DNA from: Polyangiales bacterium
Lineage (GTDB): Bacteria > Myxococcota_A > Polyangia > Polyangiales > Ga0077539
Assembly: GCA_044229975.1 (NCBI GenBank)
Contig: JBGARZ010000002.1
Span: 1-64,000 of the forward strand
DNA length: 64,000 bases
Direction of reading: 5' to 3'
In this document: one piece after another, positions 18,802 to 29,308 of the stretch
Numbering within the stretch: position 1 is the first letter of the stretch
Layout of the letters: every line of letters starts with the position of its first letter
Program-made: the position numbers and the translations under genes
The notes under the pieces: generated by a model
What the model was told of the DNA's origin: nothing
The model's input: only the letters and a program-made list of their open reading frames with translations
The model's database searches: none

Positions 18802-19769
18802 CGGGCGTCCCCCGGGTCGTCGTCGTCGCGCCCGAAGAGGCCGGCGAACGGCTCGACAAGGTTCTCACCCGGCACCTCGATGGGGTCTCGCGCTCGGCCA
18901 TCGCGCTCTGCTTCGACGCGGGGCGCGTGACCGCCGGCGAGCGCTCTCTCAAACCCAGCGAGAAAGCTCGCGCGGGTCTCACGGTCACCGTCGACCTGCC
19001 GCCGCCGCTCCCAACCATCGCCCTCGCCGAGGACATCCCGCTCACGGTCACCTTCGAGGACGATCACCTCCTCGTCATCGACAAGCCCGCCGGGATGGTC
19101 GTCCATCCGTCGCGCGGTCACGCCGGCGGAACGCTCGTCAACGCCGTGCTCCACCACGCCGAGGTCGAGGAGGAGGGCGACCCGATGCGGCCGGGGATCG
19201 TTCATCGCATCGACCGCGACACATCGGGCCTGCTCGTCGTGGCCAAGTCCGTCGCGGCGCGCGATGGGCTGGTGGCGCTCTTCAAGGCCCACGACATCGA
19301 GCGCAGCTACGTCGCGCTCGTCGAGGGCGTCCCTCCGGCGAACGTCACCTACGACACGCTCCACGGCAGGCACCCGACCGACCGACTGCGCTTCACGTCC
19401 AAGGTCGGCGACGGGCGGCGAGCCATCACCCACGTCGCGCGCGTCGAGACCTTCGCGGGTGGCGTCGCGTCGATGGTGCGCTGCCGACTGGAGACGGGGC
19501 GCACCCATCAGATTCGCGTTCATCTGACCGAGCACGGATTCCCGCTGCTGGGTGATGCGCTCTACGGGCGCGCGGCGCGCGACGCCTCAGTGCGCGAGAT
19601 CTCCGCGGCGCTCGGTCGACAGGCGCTGCACGCGGAGGTGCTCGGGTTCGTGCACCCCGTCACGCGCGAGGCGCTCCGCTTCTCCGCTGATCCGCCAGCC
19701 GACTTCGCTGCGGCGCTCGCGGCGCTGCGCGCGATGGTCGCGCCGACGGCGACGAAGCGGTCTCGCTGA
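18798..19769 (+). CDS. rluD: 23S rRNA pseudouridine synthase RluD
   Basis: S4 domain (RLDK), DKPAGMVVHP, GIVHRIDRDTSG, TGRTHQIRVH; GTGA overlap with romX. Confidence 0.93.
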   Translation: MTGVPRVVVVAPEEAGERLDKVLTRHLDGVSRSAIALCFDAGRVTAGERSLKPSEKARAGLTVTVDLPPPLPTIALAEDIPLTVTFEDDHLLVIDKPAGMVVHPSRGHAGGTLVNAVLHHAEVEEEGDPMRPGIVHRIDRDTSGLLVVAKSVAARDGLVALFKAHDIERSYVALVEGVPPANVTYDTLHGRHPTDRLRFTSKVGDGRRAITHVARVETFAGGVASMVRCRLETGRTHQIRVHLTEHGFPLLGDALYGRAARDASVREISAALGRQALHAEVLGFVHPVTREALRFSADPPADFAAALAALRAMVAPTATKRSR

Positions 19770-19772
19770 CGG

Positions 19773-20429
19773 TCAGAGGTCGAGCAGCTTACGCAGGCGC
19801 TTGGCGTCGGCGTACATGTCGACGTTGCAGAGGGCCACGAGCAACACGTCGCAGCGCGAGGCGCGGATGGTCGCCGCCGCGGCTTCGAGCGCGGGGTCTT
19901 CGTAGCGGGACTTGAACCCCGCCGGACCAGGGAGGCGGAAGCAGCCGAGCGCCCCCTTGGCGATGGGCGGATGACGGAGCGGATCGCGCGCGACCACCAC
20001 GGAGAGGTCTTTCACCGTGGCCTCGGCGTCGCGAAACTCCCAGCTCGCCGGGGCTTCCCACACGAGGGGCGGGAGTCGATCGCGGGGCAGGGACTCGAAG
20101 TAGGCGCGCACCGACGCGCGGTGCAGCTTGCTCGCGGTCATGTCGGCCGCGGACGTCACGATGATCGCGCGGGCGTCGAGGTCGCGCACCACCGGGAGGA
20201 AGCCCTCCCACGCGGCCTGCCCCTCGGCGGTGGGCTTGAACCCCTCGGCCGAGACCTCCTTCGGCGCGATGGCCGTGAACAAAAATCCCTCTGGTGCCTC
20301 GCGTCGCCAGCGTCGGACGAGCGCCGGGCCCGGCACTCCGAGCAGCGTGTCGGCCACCTCGACGGACTTGAACTCCTTGAGGTAACGCGTGGCGGGCACC
20401 GGGAAGCCCGAACAACCCAGGTGAATCAT
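19773..20429 (-). CDS. DUF72-domain protein
   Basis: IHLGCSGF…Y…F..VEV…W..EAPEGF.F; C-terminal N..MYADA. Confidence 0.75.
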   Translation of the reverse strand: MIHLGCSGFPVPATRYLKEFKSVEVADTLLGVPGPALVRRWRREAPEGFLFTAIAPKEVSAEGFKPTAEGQAAWEGFLPVVRDLDARAIIVTSAADMTASKLHRASVRAYFESLPRDRLPPLVWEAPASWEFRDAEATVKDLSVVVARDPLRHPPIAKGALGCFRLPGPAGFKSRYEDPALEAAAATIRASRCDVLLVALCNVDMYADAKRLRKLLDL

Positions 20430-20495
20430 CGCGAGCCGGACTGTACGCCCTTTCCCGCTCCGCGCGGTGGTTCTTCGCGGGTATCCTCCGGATCG

Positions 20496-22211
20496 ATGCT
20501 TCCATCGGGCTGGAGGTCCGCGGCGTGGACGCTTGCGGCGGTCACGTCGCTTGGCACCCCGGCGTCCGCCCAGGACCCGCGCCCCGGTGCCTTCGACCCG
20601 CGCCTGCTCGTCACTTCGCCGTCGCCGCGCAGCCTGATCGTGACCGACCTGCCCTCGATCGCGGGGCACCTGACCTTCACCGGGAGCCTCTTCGCGAGCT
20701 ACGCCGCGGGGACGCTCTTCGAGGCGCACCCCGATGGCGTCGCTCCGGTGCGGGTGCGTGATGCGCTGCGGGCCGAGGCGCAGCTCTCCCTGGGGCTCTT
20801 CGAGTTCTTCGAGCTTGGGCTCGCGATGCCCGTGGTGCTGCAGACCTCGCCCGAGGTCTTCAACAACGGTCGCGCGCTGCGGTCTGGCGTCGAGCATCGG
20901 GACTTCTCCCAAGGGGACCTCCGGGCGATGGTGAAGGTGCCCATCCTCCGGGGCGCGACGGGGCTCGCCGTACGGGTGGTCACCTCATTCCCGACGGGCG
21001 ACGATCGCCGGTTCGCCGGGTCGTCGTCGTGGACGCTCACGCCGACCGTCATCCTCGGTCGCACAGCCGGGCGATGGACCTTCGCGGGTCAGCTCGGGAT
21101 GACCTTTCGTGAGCGCAACGCGATCGCGGACGTCGAGGTCAACGACGACGCGCTGCTCACCGCGGGCGCCTCGTACGCCGTGCATCCGCGCGTCGACCTG
21201 CTGCTCGACACTGCGCTGCGGGTGACGGTGAACCCGTCGAGCGGACGGGCGTCGCAGGTTCCGTTTGGGGCGTGGCTCGGCGTGGCGTGGCGACCGGCGC
21301 GGTGGGTCTCGCTGTCGGCGACCGCGGGCGCGGGCTTCACGTCGGACGTCGCGACGTCGCTGCCGGAGGTGATGCTCGGGGCGAGGTTCAGCGCGGCGCG
21401 GGCGAACCCGTGCACCCACGGGCCGGAAGACCTCGACGGCTTCCAGGACGGGGACTTCTGCGCGGACCCCGACAACGACAACGATGGCATTCCCGACGAG
21501 CGCGACCGCTGTCCCAACGACGCCGAAGACCGCGACGGTGTGCTCGACGACGACGGCTGCGCCGACCCCGACAACGACGGCGACGGCGTGCTCGACGACG
21601 TCGACCGCTGCCCCATCGAGCCCGAGGATCAAGACCGATTCCAGAACGAGGACGGCTGCCCCGAGCCGGACAACGATCGCGACGAGATCGTCGACGTGCG
21701 CGACGCCTGCCCCGACGAGCCCGAAGACCGCGACGGCTACCAGGACGACGACGGCTGCCCCGAGCCCGGGCCCGACGCCGTGGTGGTGACCCGCACGGAC
21801 AGCCGACTGCTCATCAACCAGCGGGTGTTCTTCGACTTCGACAGCGACACGATTCGCAGCGTGTCGTTTCCCATCCTCGACGAGGTCGGCAACACGCTGC
21901 GGCGCAACGCGGACATCCTGCGGATGCGCGTCGAGGGCTACACCGACGACCGCGGCACCCCGGAGTACAACCTCGACCTGTCCTACCGGCGCGCCCGTTC
22001 GGTGGTCGACTACCTCGTCACTCGCGGCGTCGACCGCTCGCGCCTCGACTTCGCGGGCTATGGCCGCGAGCATCCGGTGGCCGAAAACGGCTCGCCCGAA
22101 GGTCAATCGCTCAATCGGCGGGTGGAGTTCACCATCGTCGGCCAGGCGACCCCGACCCCCGCGGAGGCGCCCACGACCGCCCCGTCGCCCCGTCGTCGCC
22201 GTCGCCGCTAG
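20496..22211 (+). CDS. OmpA-family protein: beta-barrel + thrombospondin type-3 repeats + OmpA_C
   Basis: Signal peptide; DNDNDGIPD..DRCP repeats; VEGYTDDRG…NLDLSYRRA…NRRVEF. Confidence 0.92.
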   Translation: MLPSGWRSAAWTLAAVTSLGTPASAQDPRPGAFDPRLLVTSPSPRSLIVTDLPSIAGHLTFTGSLFASYAAGTLFEAHPDGVAPVRVRDALRAEAQLSLGLFEFFELGLAMPVVLQTSPEVFNNGRALRSGVEHRDFSQGDLRAMVKVPILRGATGLAVRVVTSFPTGDDRRFAGSSSWTLTPTVILGRTAGRWTFAGQLGMTFRERNAIADVEVNDDALLTAGASYAVHPRVDLLLDTALRVTVNPSSGRASQVPFGAWLGVAWRPARWVSLSATAGAGFTSDVATSLPEVMLGARFSAARANPCTHGPEDLDGFQDGDFCADPDNDNDGIPDERDRCPNDAEDRDGVLDDDGCADPDNDGDGVLDDVDRCPIEPEDQDRFQNEDGCPEPDNDRDEIVDVRDACPDEPEDRDGYQDDDGCPEPGPDAVVVTRTDSRLLINQRVFFDFDSDTIRSVSFPILDEVGNTLRRNADILRMRVEGYTDDRGTPEYNLDLSYRRARSVVDYLVTRGVDRSRLDFAGYGREHPVAENGSPEGQSLNRRVEFTIVGQATPTPAEAPTTAPSPRRRRRR

Positions 22212-22247
22212 ACAGGCGGGCGTCGCTCCCCGATAGAGGGAGCCGCC

Positions 22248-22901
22248 ATGAGGATCGAGCTCGACCCGAGACACCCGGAACCCCGGAAGATCGCCCGCGC
22301 GGTGCAGTCGCTGCGCGTCGGCGAGTGCATCGCCTACCCGACGGACACCGTCTACGGGCTCGGCTGCGCCATGAGCGAGAAGCGCGCGGTGGACGCCCTC
22401 TACGACATGAAGCGTATGAAGCGCGAGCAGTCGCTGGCGCTGGTGGTGCCCGACCTCTCGGGCATCTCCCGCTTCGCCGTGATGCAGGACTTCCACTACC
22501 GCTTCATCAAGCACCTCGTGCCGGGGCCGTACGTGTTCATCCTCGAAGCGACGCGTGAGGTGCCGAAGCTCCTCATGATGAAGCGCAAGACCATCGGCAT
22601 CCGCGTGCCGAACCACCCCGTTCCGCTGGCCATCGCGCGCGAGCTCGGGGAGCCCATCATCTCGACCACCGCGTCGCACCCCGCCGAAGGGGATGAGGCC
22701 ATCCAGGATCCGGACGTCATCGACGAGCGCTTCCCGCAGCTCTCCATGGTGCTCGACGTGGGCTTCGGTGACGTCCACCCGAGCACGGTGATCGACCTCA
22801 CGACCTCCGAGCCGCGGCTCGTACGCGGCGGCGCCGGCATGGAGCTCCTGGAGAAGCTCTACGGTCTGCGCTCGCCCATCGGGGCGCTGGAGGACGATTG
22901 A
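22248..22901 (+). CDS. Sua5/YciO/YrdC family protein (threonylcarbamoyl-AMP synthase-like)
   Basis: YPTDTVYGLGC, PGPYVFIL, IGIRVP, PSTVIDLT. Confidence 0.92.
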   Translation: MRIELDPRHPEPRKIARAVQSLRVGECIAYPTDTVYGLGCAMSEKRAVDALYDMKRMKREQSLALVVPDLSGISRFAVMQDFHYRFIKHLVPGPYVFILEATREVPKLLMMKRKTIGIRVPNHPVPLAIARELGEPIISTTASHPAEGDEAIQDPDVIDERFPQLSMVLDVGFGDVHPSTVIDLTTSEPRLVRGGAGMELLEKLYGLRSPIGALEDD

Positions 22902-23809
22902 TGCCGACGCGTGCTCAGACCGTCGCGGTGGCCCTCGCGTGTGGGGTGATGGGCCTTGGGACCGGCGTCGCGTGGAGTCAGCTTCGCGCGCCGAGACCGC
23001 GCGCGGCGGTGAACACTCCGGGCGTGACCATCGAAGACCGCGATCACGACGGGCGCCCCGACCGCTGGACCGAGCGCGACGCCGTCGGGAACATCACCCT
23101 GACGCGCGAGGACTCCAACCACGACGGCGCGCCCGACCGCATGCGCGTGTACGTGAGCGGTCGCCCCAACCGCGTGGACTACGACAGCAACTTCGACGGG
23201 CGCTTCGACCACACCGACGACCTCGGCGCCGACGGCCGCGTGCTCTTCACGCGCGTCGACGCCGACTGGAACTCCGTTCCGGAGAGCTGGGTGCAGTTCA
23301 ACGCGCAGGGGCGCGTGACGGGCGAGTGGACCGACGCCGATCAGGACACCATTCCCGAGCGATATCGGGCGCTCGACGCCCAGCGGCGCATCACCGAGGA
23401 GGGCATCGACGCCAACGGCGACGGGCTCTACGAGGTCAACCGCATCTACAACCAGCGCTGGCCCGCGGGGTCGCCGCCGGTGCGCATCGAGCGCGACGAC
23501 GACCGCGACGGCGTCTTCGAGCGCCGCGAGACGTACACCATCAACGGGCGCCTCAAGGCCGTGCAGCTCGACACGGACGGGGACGGGACGCGCGACCGCA
23601 TGACCCTCTTCGACGTGGCGGGGCATGTCCTCAAGGAGGGCTCGGACGCCGACGGCGACGGGTACTTCGAACGCTGGCGTTACCCCCAACCCGACGGTGG
23701 GGTGAGGGTCTCCCACGACGACGATGGCGACCAGGACTCCGACTACTGGGATCCGCCGGGGCCGCCGCCCGGGTGGTGCGCCCAGCGGTGCGTGACGCGG
23801 GCCCCGTGA
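22901..23809 (+). CDS. Exported protein with many Dx[DN]xDG Ca2+-binding repeats
   Basis: DRDHDG, DSNHDG, DSNFDG, DANGDG, DDDRDG, DTDGDG, DADGDG; TGATG coupling. Confidence 0.75.
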   Translation: MPTRAQTVAVALACGVMGLGTGVAWSQLRAPRPRAAVNTPGVTIEDRDHDGRPDRWTERDAVGNITLTREDSNHDGAPDRMRVYVSGRPNRVDYDSNFDGRFDHTDDLGADGRVLFTRVDADWNSVPESWVQFNAQGRVTGEWTDADQDTIPERYRALDAQRRITEEGIDANGDGLYEVNRIYNQRWPAGSPPVRIERDDDRDGVFERRETYTINGRLKAVQLDTDGDGTRDRMTLFDVAGHVLKEGSDADGDGYFERWRYPQPDGGVRVSHDDDGDQDSDYWDPPGPPPGWCAQRCVTRAP

Positions 23810-24489
23810 TGGTGGCAACGTGGGCGGCGATGTCGCCCGATCAGGTCACGCACACGCTCACGATGTTCGATGCGTTTCTGGCCTTCACGCGGAGCGCCTC
23901 GGCCGTCGCCGCTCATCCGCCGCTCACGGACGTGTCGACGGCGGTGACCGCGGTGCGTGGGTCGAGCCCCGTCGAGCTCCAAGAGGACGGCGTCTCGGAC
24001 GGCGATGTGACGAGGGTGACGGCGCTTCCGATCGCCGAGGTCGAGCGCACGACGCCGCGGGCAGGGGACTGGGAGGAGCCCACGCACGAGCGCCCCGACA
24101 TCATGCGCGCCCTGGCGCGGAGCGACGCCGCGCAGCCCGACACGGACGTGAGCATCAAGCTCCCAAAGGCGCCGAAGGCCGACCCGCGCGTCGATCAGGC
24201 GTCGATCATCATCGAGGACGACTCGCTCACCGAGCCCGAGTTTCGCCGCGAGGACGTGCTGCGCGCGATGGCCGAGCACGCGCGGACGAAGACCGAGGAG
24301 CTGCCGCCCGCGACGACCGTGGAGGAGTTCGGGTTGGAGATGCAGGTGCTGGTGAAGTACGGCCACGCGGCGCAGGCGGTGACCGAGATCGATCGCTGGG
24401 TGACGACGCGTCCGGGCGACGCGGAGGCGCTCGCGGCGGTGACGGCTGCGGTCAGACGCGCGGCATCGCGAGCCGCTCGGCGGGAATGA
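23809..24489 (+). CDS. Hypothetical protein (acidic, low complexity, C-terminal helical region)
   Basis: TGATG-coupled to the upstream gene; 38-nt convergent overlap with purF. Confidence 0.55.
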   Translation: MVATWAAMSPDQVTHTLTMFDAFLAFTRSASAVAAHPPLTDVSTAVTAVRGSSPVELQEDGVSDGDVTRVTALPIAEVERTTPRAGDWEEPTHERPDIMRALARSDAAQPDTDVSIKLPKAPKADPRVDQASIIIEDDSLTEPEFRREDVLRAMAEHARTKTEELPPATTVEEFGLEMQVLVKYGHAAQAVTEIDRWVTTRPGDAEALAAVTAAVRRAASRAARRE

Positions 24490-25891
24490 TCTCCACGGGG
24501 TACTCACCCGTGAAGCACGCCTCGCAGAAGCCCTCGCCGCCGGGATAACCGACGGCCTCGCGGAGGCCCTCCTGGCTGAGGTAGGCGAGGGAGTCGGCGG
24601 TGATGTACCGGCTGATCTCCTCGACCGAGTGGCTCGCGGCGATGAGCTCGCGGCGCGTCGGCGTGTCGATGCCGTAGAAGCACGGCCAGCGGGTGGGCGG
24701 CGACGAGATGCGGAGGTGCACCTCGCGGGCGCCGGCGTCGCGGATCATCTTCACGATCTTGCGTGAGGTGGTGCCGCGCACGATGGAGTCGTCGACCACG
24801 ACGACGCGCCGACCCTGGAGCATCTGGCGCACGGGGTTGAGCTTCAGGCGCACGCCGAAGTGGCGGATGGACTGCGCGGGCTCGATGAAGGTGCGGCCCA
24901 CGTAGTGGGAGCGGATGAGGCCCATCTCGAAGGGGATGCCCGACTCGGCCGCGAAGCCGATGGCGGCGGGCACGCCAGAGTCGGGGACCGGGATCACCAC
25001 GTCGGCCTCGACGGGGCTCTGGCGCGCGAGGATCTTCCCCATGTGCTTGCGCGCGCTGTAGACGGCGCGGCCGTTGATGGTGCTGTCGGGTCGCGCGAAG
25101 TAGACGTGCTCGAAGACGCAGAAGCGCGAGGGCGCCGGGTCGAAGGGGCGCAGCGAGCGAACGCCCTCGGGGCCGATGACCAGCACCTCGCCGGGCTCGA
25201 CGTCGCGGACGAACTCCGCGGCGATGAGGTCGAAGGCCGTCGGCTCGCTCGCGAGCACGTGGGCGCGGTTGAGGATGCCCAGCGAGAGCGGGCGGAAGCC
25301 GTGGGGGTCGCGCGCCGCGACGATGGTGTCGCCGACGAGGAAGAGCACCGAGTAGGCGCCGCGCGTCTGCTTGAGCGCGTGGATGACGCGGTCGACGACC
25401 GGGCCCGCCGGAGCGCGCGCGAAGAGGTGGAGGAAGACCTCGGTGTCCGTCGTGGTCTGGAAGATGGAGCCCGCGGCGTCGAGCGCGGACTTGAGCTGCT
25501 CGACGTTGGTGAGGTTGCCGTTGTGGGCGCAGGCGAGGGGCAGGCCGCCGTGCTCGACGGCGAAGGGCTGCGCGTTTTTCACGTGCGAGCCGCCGGCGGT
25601 GGAGTAGCGCACGTGCCCGATGGAGATGGCGCCCGGCAGGCCGCTGATGACCGTCGGCGAGAAGATGTCCTGCACGAGCCCCATCTCGCGGTGCAGGTGC
25701 ATCTTGCCGCCCGCGTCGAGGGTGGCGATGCCGGCCGACTCCTGGCCGCGGTGCTGCAGCGCGTGCAGCCCGAGGTAGGTGAGGTTGGCCGCCTCGGGGT
25801 GGCCGTAGACCGCGAACACCCCGCACTCGTCGTGGAAGTGGTCGTCGTCGTCTTCGTGGGCGTCGGTGAGCACGTCGGGGGCGAAGTTCAT
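24452..25891 (-). CDS. purF: Amidophosphoribosyltransferase
   Basis: Propeptide then [33 protein letters not shown], Fe-S cysteines C..CF. Confidence 0.98.
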   Translation of the reverse strand: MNFAPDVLTDAHEDDDDHFHDECGVFAVYGHPEAANLTYLGLHALQHRGQESAGIATLDAGGKMHLHREMGLVQDIFSPTVISGLPGAISIGHVRYSTAGGSHVKNAQPFAVEHGGLPLACAHNGNLTNVEQLKSALDAAGSIFQTTTDTEVFLHLFARAPAGPVVDRVIHALKQTRGAYSVLFLVGDTIVAARDPHGFRPLSLGILNRAHVLASEPTAFDLIAAEFVRDVEPGEVLVIGPEGVRSLRPFDPAPSRFCVFEHVYFARPDSTINGRAVYSARKHMGKILARQSPVEADVVIPVPDSGVPAAIGFAAESGIPFEMGLIRSHYVGRTFIEPAQSIRHFGVRLKLNPVRQMLQGRRVVVVDDSIVRGTTSRKIVKMIRDAGAREVHLRISSPPTRWPCFYGIDTPTRRELIAASHSVEEISRYITADSLAYLSQEGLREAVGYPGGEGFCEACFTGEYPVEIIPAERLAMPRV

Positions 25892-25985
25892 GGCGGTTGG
25901 GCGGTGGCCTACCACAGCGCCCTCGCGAAGGCAGGGAAAGGACGCTCGCGAAACCCCAGGGGTGTCCGTTAGGATGCGAGCCGCG

Positions 25986-28613
25986 ATGAGATGGCTGGTT
26001 TCGCTCCCCGAGGCGCATGATGCCGCGCGCTACGGGCGCAAGGCCGCGGAGCTGGCGCGTCTCGGCGCCGTCGCGGGCCTGCAGGTGCCGGGGGGCTTCG
26101 TCGTCGATGCGAGCGCGCTCGATGAGGTGCTGCGGTCGTCACTCCCTGCGGCTCAGTGGCCCGATGCCCTCCTGCGCGCGCCCGCGGTCGATCGTCGCGC
26201 GGCTCGCCTCGCCTCCATCCGCCAGCGCATTCTCGACGCGACGCTGCCGGCGGGCTTCGAGGCCGAGCTCGCGCAGGTGGCTGCTGCCCTTGGCGATCGC
26301 TCGCTCGCCGTGCGCTCCAGCGGCCTGCACGAAGACGCCGCGATGGCGAGCGCGGCGGGTCTTCAGGAGAGCTACCTCGGGGTGCGCGGCGCGGTTGCCC
26401 TCGTAGACGCCGTGCGGCACTGCTGGGCGTCGCTCTATGCCGAGCGGGCGCTCACCTACCTCTCGCGGCACCGCGGTCCGCCACCAGCGCTCGGCATGGC
26501 GGTGATCGTCCAGGTGATGGTCGACGCGGCCTGCGCGGGCGTGCTCTTCACGGCCGATCCGCTCGATGGCGCGCGCGACGTTGCGGTCATCGAAGCGACG
26601 CGAGGTCTCGGGGTGGCGGTGGTCGACGGGCGCGGTGTCCCTGAGGTGTTGCGCCTCCGCCGCAGCGACGGATCGGTGCTCCAGCACACCCCCGCGGTGG
26701 CCGCCGTGGCGACGGTGCTCGCCGAGGGCGGCGGGTTGCTGGAGCGCGAGCTGCCCGAGACCGTGCGCGCGGCGCCGGTGCTCGCGGACGACGTGGTGGG
26801 TGCGTTGCGGGCCCTCGGCGACGCGGTGCAGGCGGCGTCGGGCGAGCCGCGCGACATCGAGTGGGCGTGGGACGGCGCGGCGCTGTGGCTGCTCCAGTCG
26901 CGCCCCATCGTCGGTCTACCGGGGGCGGTGTCCGACGCGCGCGGCCTCGACGATCGCCGCGGCTGGATCTGGAGCAACGTCAACGTGGGCGAGGCGCTGC
27001 CGGGCGTCGCGACGCCGCTGACGTGGTCCATCGCGGTGGCCTTCAGCGAGCGCGGGTTTCGCAAGGCGTTTGCGGGTCTCGGTTGCGAGGTGACGCCCGA
27101 CGCGGAGCTCGTGGGCATCTTCCACGGGCGCATCTATCTCAACCTCACCAACTTCGTTCGGGTCGCGCGGCAGGTGCCGCTGCTCTCGCCGCGCATGCTC
27201 ATCGAGCTCGGCGGCGGCGGTGGGCTGGAGGCCGTCGAGCAGCAGGTTCCGCCCGGGTCGTGGTGGCCCTTCGTGCGACGGCTGCCCTCCACGGCGGCCA
27301 ACCTCGCGCGCGAAAACGTCGGCCTGCACGACCGCCTCGATCGCTTCGAGACGGAGTTCATGGCGGCCCGCCAGCGCTTCGCCTCGCTCCCCTTTGCGAC
27401 GATCGCTCGCTCGTCGCTCCGGCAGGCGTTGCGTGATGTGCGCGCGCTGCTCGACCGCACCGGCGAGCTGATGCTCACCTGCGCGTCGGGCTACCTCGCG
27501 AGCATCGTGGCGATGCGCGAGCTGCTGCGGAGAGTGTTGCCCGACGACGGCGGTCGATTGGAGCGGGAGCTCCTGGCAGGATTCGCCGACCTCGACAGCG
27601 CCGCACCGGGCATCGCGCTGGTGCACATCGCGGACATTGCGCGGCAGGAGACGGCAGCGCGCGCAGTGATTCTCGGCGGCGACCCGATGAACCTCCGGCT
27701 CGATGACCTGCCCGACGGTCCGACGCGGCGGGCCTTCGTCTCCTTTCTCAAGGCGTATGGGTTCCGTTGTCCGCGCGAGGCCGAGCTCTCGACGCCACGG
27801 TGGCGCGAGGCGCCCGGCACCCTCTTCGCCGCGCTGCGTGCGTACCTCCAGCAGTCCGACGATCGGCCCATCGGTCGCGTCGAACGACAGCTCCGCCTGC
27901 GCGCCGAAGCGGAAGAGAGCCTCTCGCGCACGCTCCCGCCGGTCGCCCGATCGGGTGCGCGGCATCTCCTCGCCCGCACGCAGCGCTTCGCCCGGCTGCG
28001 TGAACGGATGCGGTCGCGAGTCACCGAGGTGCTCGGCTTCGTTCGCATGGTGGCCGTCGAAGCGAGCGCGCGCCTCGCTCACGAAGGGCCCGACAAGGGA
28101 GCTGATGGGGCGTTCTATCTGACCGTGGACGAGCTCGATGCGTGGCTTGGCGGTGAGCTCACCGATGCTCCCGCGGTCATCACGATGCGCCGCGCCGAGG
28201 TGGCGAGAGATCTTGCGCGACCTGATCCACCCGCGAGCTTCGTGGGGTCACCGCCGTCGGTGGTCTCGTCGCCGGAGCCTACGGGTGACTACTTCACGGG
28301 CGTCGCGGCGTCGCCGGGCGTGGTGACCGGCGTGGTGCGCGTGCTGCGCGATCCGGCCGACGGCGCGCTTCTCACGCCGGGCGAGGTGCTGGTGACGGCG
28401 GTCGCGGACGTCGGGTGGACGCCGCTCTTCCTCATTGCGACGGCGGTGGTGACCGAGCTCGGTGGAGCCCTCTCGCACGCGGCCTTGGTGGCGAGGGAGT
28501 ACGGCGTGCCTGCGGTGGTCAACGTGGCGGGCGCGACGCGCGCGCTGAAGACCGGTGACCGGGTGCGCGTGGATGGCAACCGTGGCGTCGTGGAGCGCAT
28601 CGAGTGCGCCTGA
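25986..28613 (+). CDS. PEP-utilising enzyme with rifampicin-phosphotransferase-like architecture
   Basis: N-terminal ATP-grasp (GRKA, AVRSS, DIEWA, LLQSRPI), central helical domain, C-terminal His domain [16 protein letters not shown]. Confidence 0.88.
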   Translation: MRWLVSLPEAHDAARYGRKAAELARLGAVAGLQVPGGFVVDASALDEVLRSSLPAAQWPDALLRAPAVDRRAARLASIRQRILDATLPAGFEAELAQVAAALGDRSLAVRSSGLHEDAAMASAAGLQESYLGVRGAVALVDAVRHCWASLYAERALTYLSRHRGPPPALGMAVIVQVMVDAACAGVLFTADPLDGARDVAVIEATRGLGVAVVDGRGVPEVLRLRRSDGSVLQHTPAVAAVATVLAEGGGLLERELPETVRAAPVLADDVVGALRALGDAVQAASGEPRDIEWAWDGAALWLLQSRPIVGLPGAVSDARGLDDRRGWIWSNVNVGEALPGVATPLTWSIAVAFSERGFRKAFAGLGCEVTPDAELVGIFHGRIYLNLTNFVRVARQVPLLSPRMLIELGGGGGLEAVEQQVPPGSWWPFVRRLPSTAANLARENVGLHDRLDRFETEFMAARQRFASLPFATIARSSLRQALRDVRALLDRTGELMLTCASGYLASIVAMRELLRRVLPDDGGRLERELLAGFADLDSAAPGIALVHIADIARQETAARAVILGGDPMNLRLDDLPDGPTRRAFVSFLKAYGFRCPREAELSTPRWREAPGTLFAALRAYLQQSDDRPIGRVERQLRLRAEAEESLSRTLPPVARSGARHLLARTQRFARLRERMRSRVTEVLGFVRMVAVEASARLAHEGPDKGADGAFYLTVDELDAWLGGELTDAPAVITMRRAEVARDLARPDPPASFVGSPPSVVSSPEPTGDYFTGVAASPGVVTGVVRVLRDPADGALLTPGEVLVTAVADVGWTPLFLIATAVVTELGGALSHAALVAREYGVPAVVNVAGATRALKTGDRVRVDGNRGVVERIECA

Positions 28614-29305
28614 TCGACGCGCCCGTCCTGTTCGACGCCGACGACTGGCTGGTGCTGGACAAGCCCGCCGGGTTGCTCACGACGCCGCGCGCGAAGGGCG
28701 AGCACTCCCTTGTCGCCGTGGCCCAGCGGTTGAGGGCGAAGAGCGCGCACTGGCACCCGCTCTCGCGGCTCGATGCGGGCGTGACGGGAGCGGTGGTGTT
28801 TGCGCTCAGTGATTGGGCCATCGCGACGGCGCACGCGGCGAAGGAGGCGGGCGAATACCAGCGCTGGTATGCGGGCCTCGCGAGCGGAGCCGTCGAGGGT
28901 GACGCGGGCGAGTGGACCTGGCGCATCGAGGACGACCCGAAGGACCGCGCGCGGCGACGATGCGGCGACGGGCCGACCTCGCAGGACGCGCTCACCCGCT
29001 GGTCACGCCTCGGAGGCGGCGAGAGGGTGACGGCGCTGGGCATCGTTCCGGTGACGGGGCGCACGCACCAGATCAGGGTGCACGCCTCGAAGGCGGCGCA
29101 CGGGCTGCTCGGTGATGTGGCGTACGGGAGCCCGCGGCGGCTCACCTCGGACAACGGGTCGGTGCTCGCGGTGCCGCGGGTGATGCTGCACGCGAGGGCG
29201 GTGCGGGTGCCGGGCCGGCCGACGGTGGTCACGTCGCCGTGGCCGACGGACTTCGCAACGTTGCGCGACGCGCTCGCCATCGAGCTCGCGCCGTGGCCGC
29301 CGTAG
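28604..29305 (+). CDS. RluA-family pseudouridine synthase
   Basis: DKPAG, SRLD..VTG, TGRTHQIRVH, GDVAYG, LHA. Confidence 0.88.
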   Translation: MRLIDAPVLFDADDWLVLDKPAGLLTTPRAKGEHSLVAVAQRLRAKSAHWHPLSRLDAGVTGAVVFALSDWAIATAHAAKEAGEYQRWYAGLASGAVEGDAGEWTWRIEDDPKDRARRRCGDGPTSQDALTRWSRLGGGERVTALGIVPVTGRTHQIRVHASKAAHGLLGDVAYGSPRRLTSDNGSVLAVPRVMLHARAVRVPGRPTVVTSPWPTDFATLRDALAIELAPWPP

Positions 29306-29308
29306 TCT

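Noticed and set aside
21420..21770. Repetitive GAC-rich DNA
   Set aside because: Explained by thrombospondin type-3 protein repeats.
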